64,000 bases of DNA, taken from contig NC_089429.1 in NCBI RefSeq assembly GCF_026210795.1, positions 5,642,001-5,706,000 of the forward strand, given 5' to 3'. The DNA is from Rhizophagus irregularis (taxonomy: Eukaryota). The notes beneath the pieces were generated by a model, which was not told the DNA's origin, made no database searches, and worked only from the letters and a program-made list of their open reading frames with translations. The translations under genes were made by a program, and so were the position numbers. Position 1 is the stretch's first letter. Every line of letters starts with the position of its first letter. Below are positions 61,088 through 64,000 of the stretch, piece after piece.

Positions 61088-62819
61088 TTAAAATTTTCTT
61101 GGTTTAATTCTAACCTTTAATTCTGTACAACAATTAATAAAATCAGACCTATATTTTAATGGAGCATTCATATCAACTAATTCAATATCATATTTTCTAT
61201 AAATTAATATTAATAAACATTTTAATTCTATAATTGCCAATTTTCTTCCAGGACACATTCTAATTCCTCCTCCAAACATTGGAAAAGTATTTCTCAATTT
61301 TTTCTTTTCGAGTAAATATTTATCACTTTCTTCAACTCTGTAAAATCTGTCAGGATCAAACTTTTCAGGTTCAGTCCAATAATCTTTATGTTTCAATACT
61401 GCGGAAGCAAGCATTTGAAATGTAGTTCCTTCTTTCCAATCGTATCCTCCAACTTTGTCGCTTTGAAAACTTACACGTCCAATTAAATAGACCATAGGGG
61501 AGTGACGATATATTTCATTGGTAACTGCATCGCAATATTCTAATTCATTAAGATCTTTATTTGTTATTGGTCTTGTTAAGTCATTTCCAAGAACTCTATC
61601 AAATTCTTGTATCAATCGTTGTTTTATTTCTGGATAATGTCCAAGATAATATGCAACAAAGCAAATAAAATTCGCTGTCTGTGATTTTAAAAAAGAAACG
61701 AGATTTTTTTTTTAGAAAAAAAAAAGCGACAAAATCCTTAAAATACATAGTATTAAATAATTTTTTACTTACGGTATCAGTACCCCCGAGTAATGCGTCG
61801 AGTATATTGCCATAAATCTCTTTATCAGTCATTGGTCTTAATAAATCAACGTCGGCATGTTTCACAGCGTTAATATCACGTGGTGTATTCGCAGTTATAT
61901 GTGACGTCAACATATCATTACGAAGTGGTTGATCTAATGGTGTATTTTCGATCTCAATCCTTTTTTCTTTTATAATGGTATATACTTTATCAGATAAGTA
62001 ATCTCTGTTTTTCAATAATTTCTTAGTTTTTCCACGAATATATGGAATATAATTACGGCTGAAGTTATCAAAAGCGAAAAAATGAAAAATTCCTGCTAAA
62101 TGAGTTTCAAGTGATTCAATAAGTTTTTTAGATTCGTCTGATTTTTCATTTTCTTTTTCATTTAATGAATTGCTATTAATTAATATTTTATAATAAGAAG
62201 CGATAGCATCATTTTTTGTTCCAGTAGCAATTTTAAAAATCATTTCATTTGTAAATCTACGCATCCATATTATTAGGTCAAATTCATGATTTTCACCAAG
62301 ATTATTCCAATAAGATTCCATTTCATTCCATAGTTCAATTGTCCATTCAATAGCTTGATGATTGAAACTTGGAGTCATCATTGCTTGACTGAAAAATTGA
62401 CGATTATATTTCCAAGATTTAAGATCACTATTAAATCCTAATCCTACACCAGCTTCAAATCCATATTCCACGATTCCATCCTTACTATGTAATCTAATAG
62501 GATATTTAGTTTTTGATGAAGCAACATACAAATTTTCAGTTAAATCGGGTCTACATAGTACAATCATACGTTCACCTCCTAAAATTATTTCGAACATATC
62601 ACCATATTTTTTATGTAACGATAATAACCAATCATCAACTCCATCATATCCAATTTGTTGATAAGCGCTACCAACGATTGGAAGTGGAAATGGACCCGGT
62701 AAAGGGTTAGGACGAGTAAAATGATGATAATAAAAACGAGTTATGTAGACAATTGGAAAAATTATTAAGAGAGAAAGGATATTTGAAATTTCAAAAGATG
62801 AAATAAATGTAGTAATCAT
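61088..62819 (-). CDS. Cytochrome P450 (copy 3), exons 62819-61773 and 61678-61088, 545 aa
   Basis: 94-nt GTAAGT...CAG intron at GGTDT|TANF; EIYR, PDRF, FGGGIRMCPG. Confidence 0.93.
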
Positions 62820-64000
62820 TTTAAAAAATATTAAAAGATGAAGAGAATTATAACTGATAAAAATTTTTTGGAAAGTAAGGTCCTTATATGCATAAATGCA
62901 TCAAAAATTAAGGTCAGATGATAATTAATTTAATTTAAACAGATTTGTATACATAAAGACAAAAATTTTCGTTTGAAGTACAAGGAAAATTATATACTAT
63001 CCTGATTTATATTATTGTAGAATAGAAAACTGCTAATTTTTTATCGTCAATTTCGTATTGTTATTTAATTTAGTAAAATGCGCCCAATAGTTACACGCTA
63101 ACTAAAGTTGTATTATTGATTCCTATTTCGTTTTTTTATTCCATATTTCATGTTATTTCCCGTAAATGTATAATATTCGTATTATTTAGTTCTAGAATCG
63201 ACCTTTATTTAGCAATTTATATATAGAATAATTACTCAAGTTAGTTTAAATAATTTTTTCTAATACTTACCTTAAGAATGAACGATTTTTACTGATCATA
63301 TCCAAAAATGGTTAGACAAAATGATTAAAGTCAATATAAATCAAAACCGGTATTCAAAACATGATCTGAGTAAACTTGCAGAACAGGCTAAAATACACCT
63401 ACCATAAATAGTTTGGAAGGTTATATGTGGCTTTTATTTTATTAAATATAGACGTAGATTGGGGTGGTAGGTTATATATGTGACATTTGGGAAAACGATT
63501 TTTCGAAAGTCACGTGATAGAGCATTATGAACGTTTTTAACGAATATTTTTTTTAATATTTTTCTATTTATTAATAATTGATTAAATTACTCAAAAAAAA
63601 AAAAAAATTCGAAAAGAAAGAAGAACTAAACATTTTCATTGGTTAAAATTAGTATTATGAATAAGAAATATTACCTGGGGGTGGGGTGGGAGTAAGGTCC
63701 TGCCCTAATAAAAACGAGCAAAATTTTATGCGCCACGTGATATGATTGGTTGTTTGTCACAAATTAATTTACGAATAACGTAGATGCCGTTATATTGGGC
63801 ATGAGTTCCACCAAATATATCCGCGCGCATGATCCGGATGATAATTATAAAACTTTTTATTGATCCGATCGATTCTTTACGCCACACACCACCTTTCTTT
63901 CTTTTACGAATATTTTTCTAAAAAATTGTTAACATGTCATATCAACAACAAAATAAGGTTTGTAAAGGGTGTCATTATATAGAGAAAGTTGGGAATTTTT

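Noticed and set aside
63934..64000. Possible gene start MSYQQQNKVCKGCHYIEKVGNF running off the window
   Set aside because: Too short to support a call

Overview
Very AT-rich eukaryotic DNA with short GT-AG introns. The gene families (Sel1-repeat proteins, BTB/POZ-BACK-TLDc proteins, an F-box protein of the LPE...SCVLVNRFWC type, class II P450s, a Tc1 transposon) point to an arbuscular mycorrhizal fungus (Glomeromycotina, Rhizophagus-like); this assignment is an inference. The window is a gene birth-and-death cluster. It holds three BED-zinc-finger/Sel1-repeat fusion genes plus two relics, five intact two-exon BTB-TLDc genes plus two pseudogenes, three paralogous two-exon P450 genes (one frameshifted) and one F-box gene. 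Mobile DNA includes an intact Tc1 (DD34E) element, several non-autonomous DNA elements (Helitron, hAT, MULE-like, small MITEs) and short retroelement fragments (DIRS RNase H, Ty3/Gypsy protease). Three signals stand out: a hAT-transposase-like BED finger fused to variable-length Sel1 arrays, one with a near-identical 216-bp internal amplification; BTB-TLDc paralogues that are nearly identical except for hypervariable TLDc loops; and the clustering of these receptor-like genes, which may form a non-self recognition/ubiquitin-ligase receptor locus (hypothesis). All calls were read by eye; no database searches were run.
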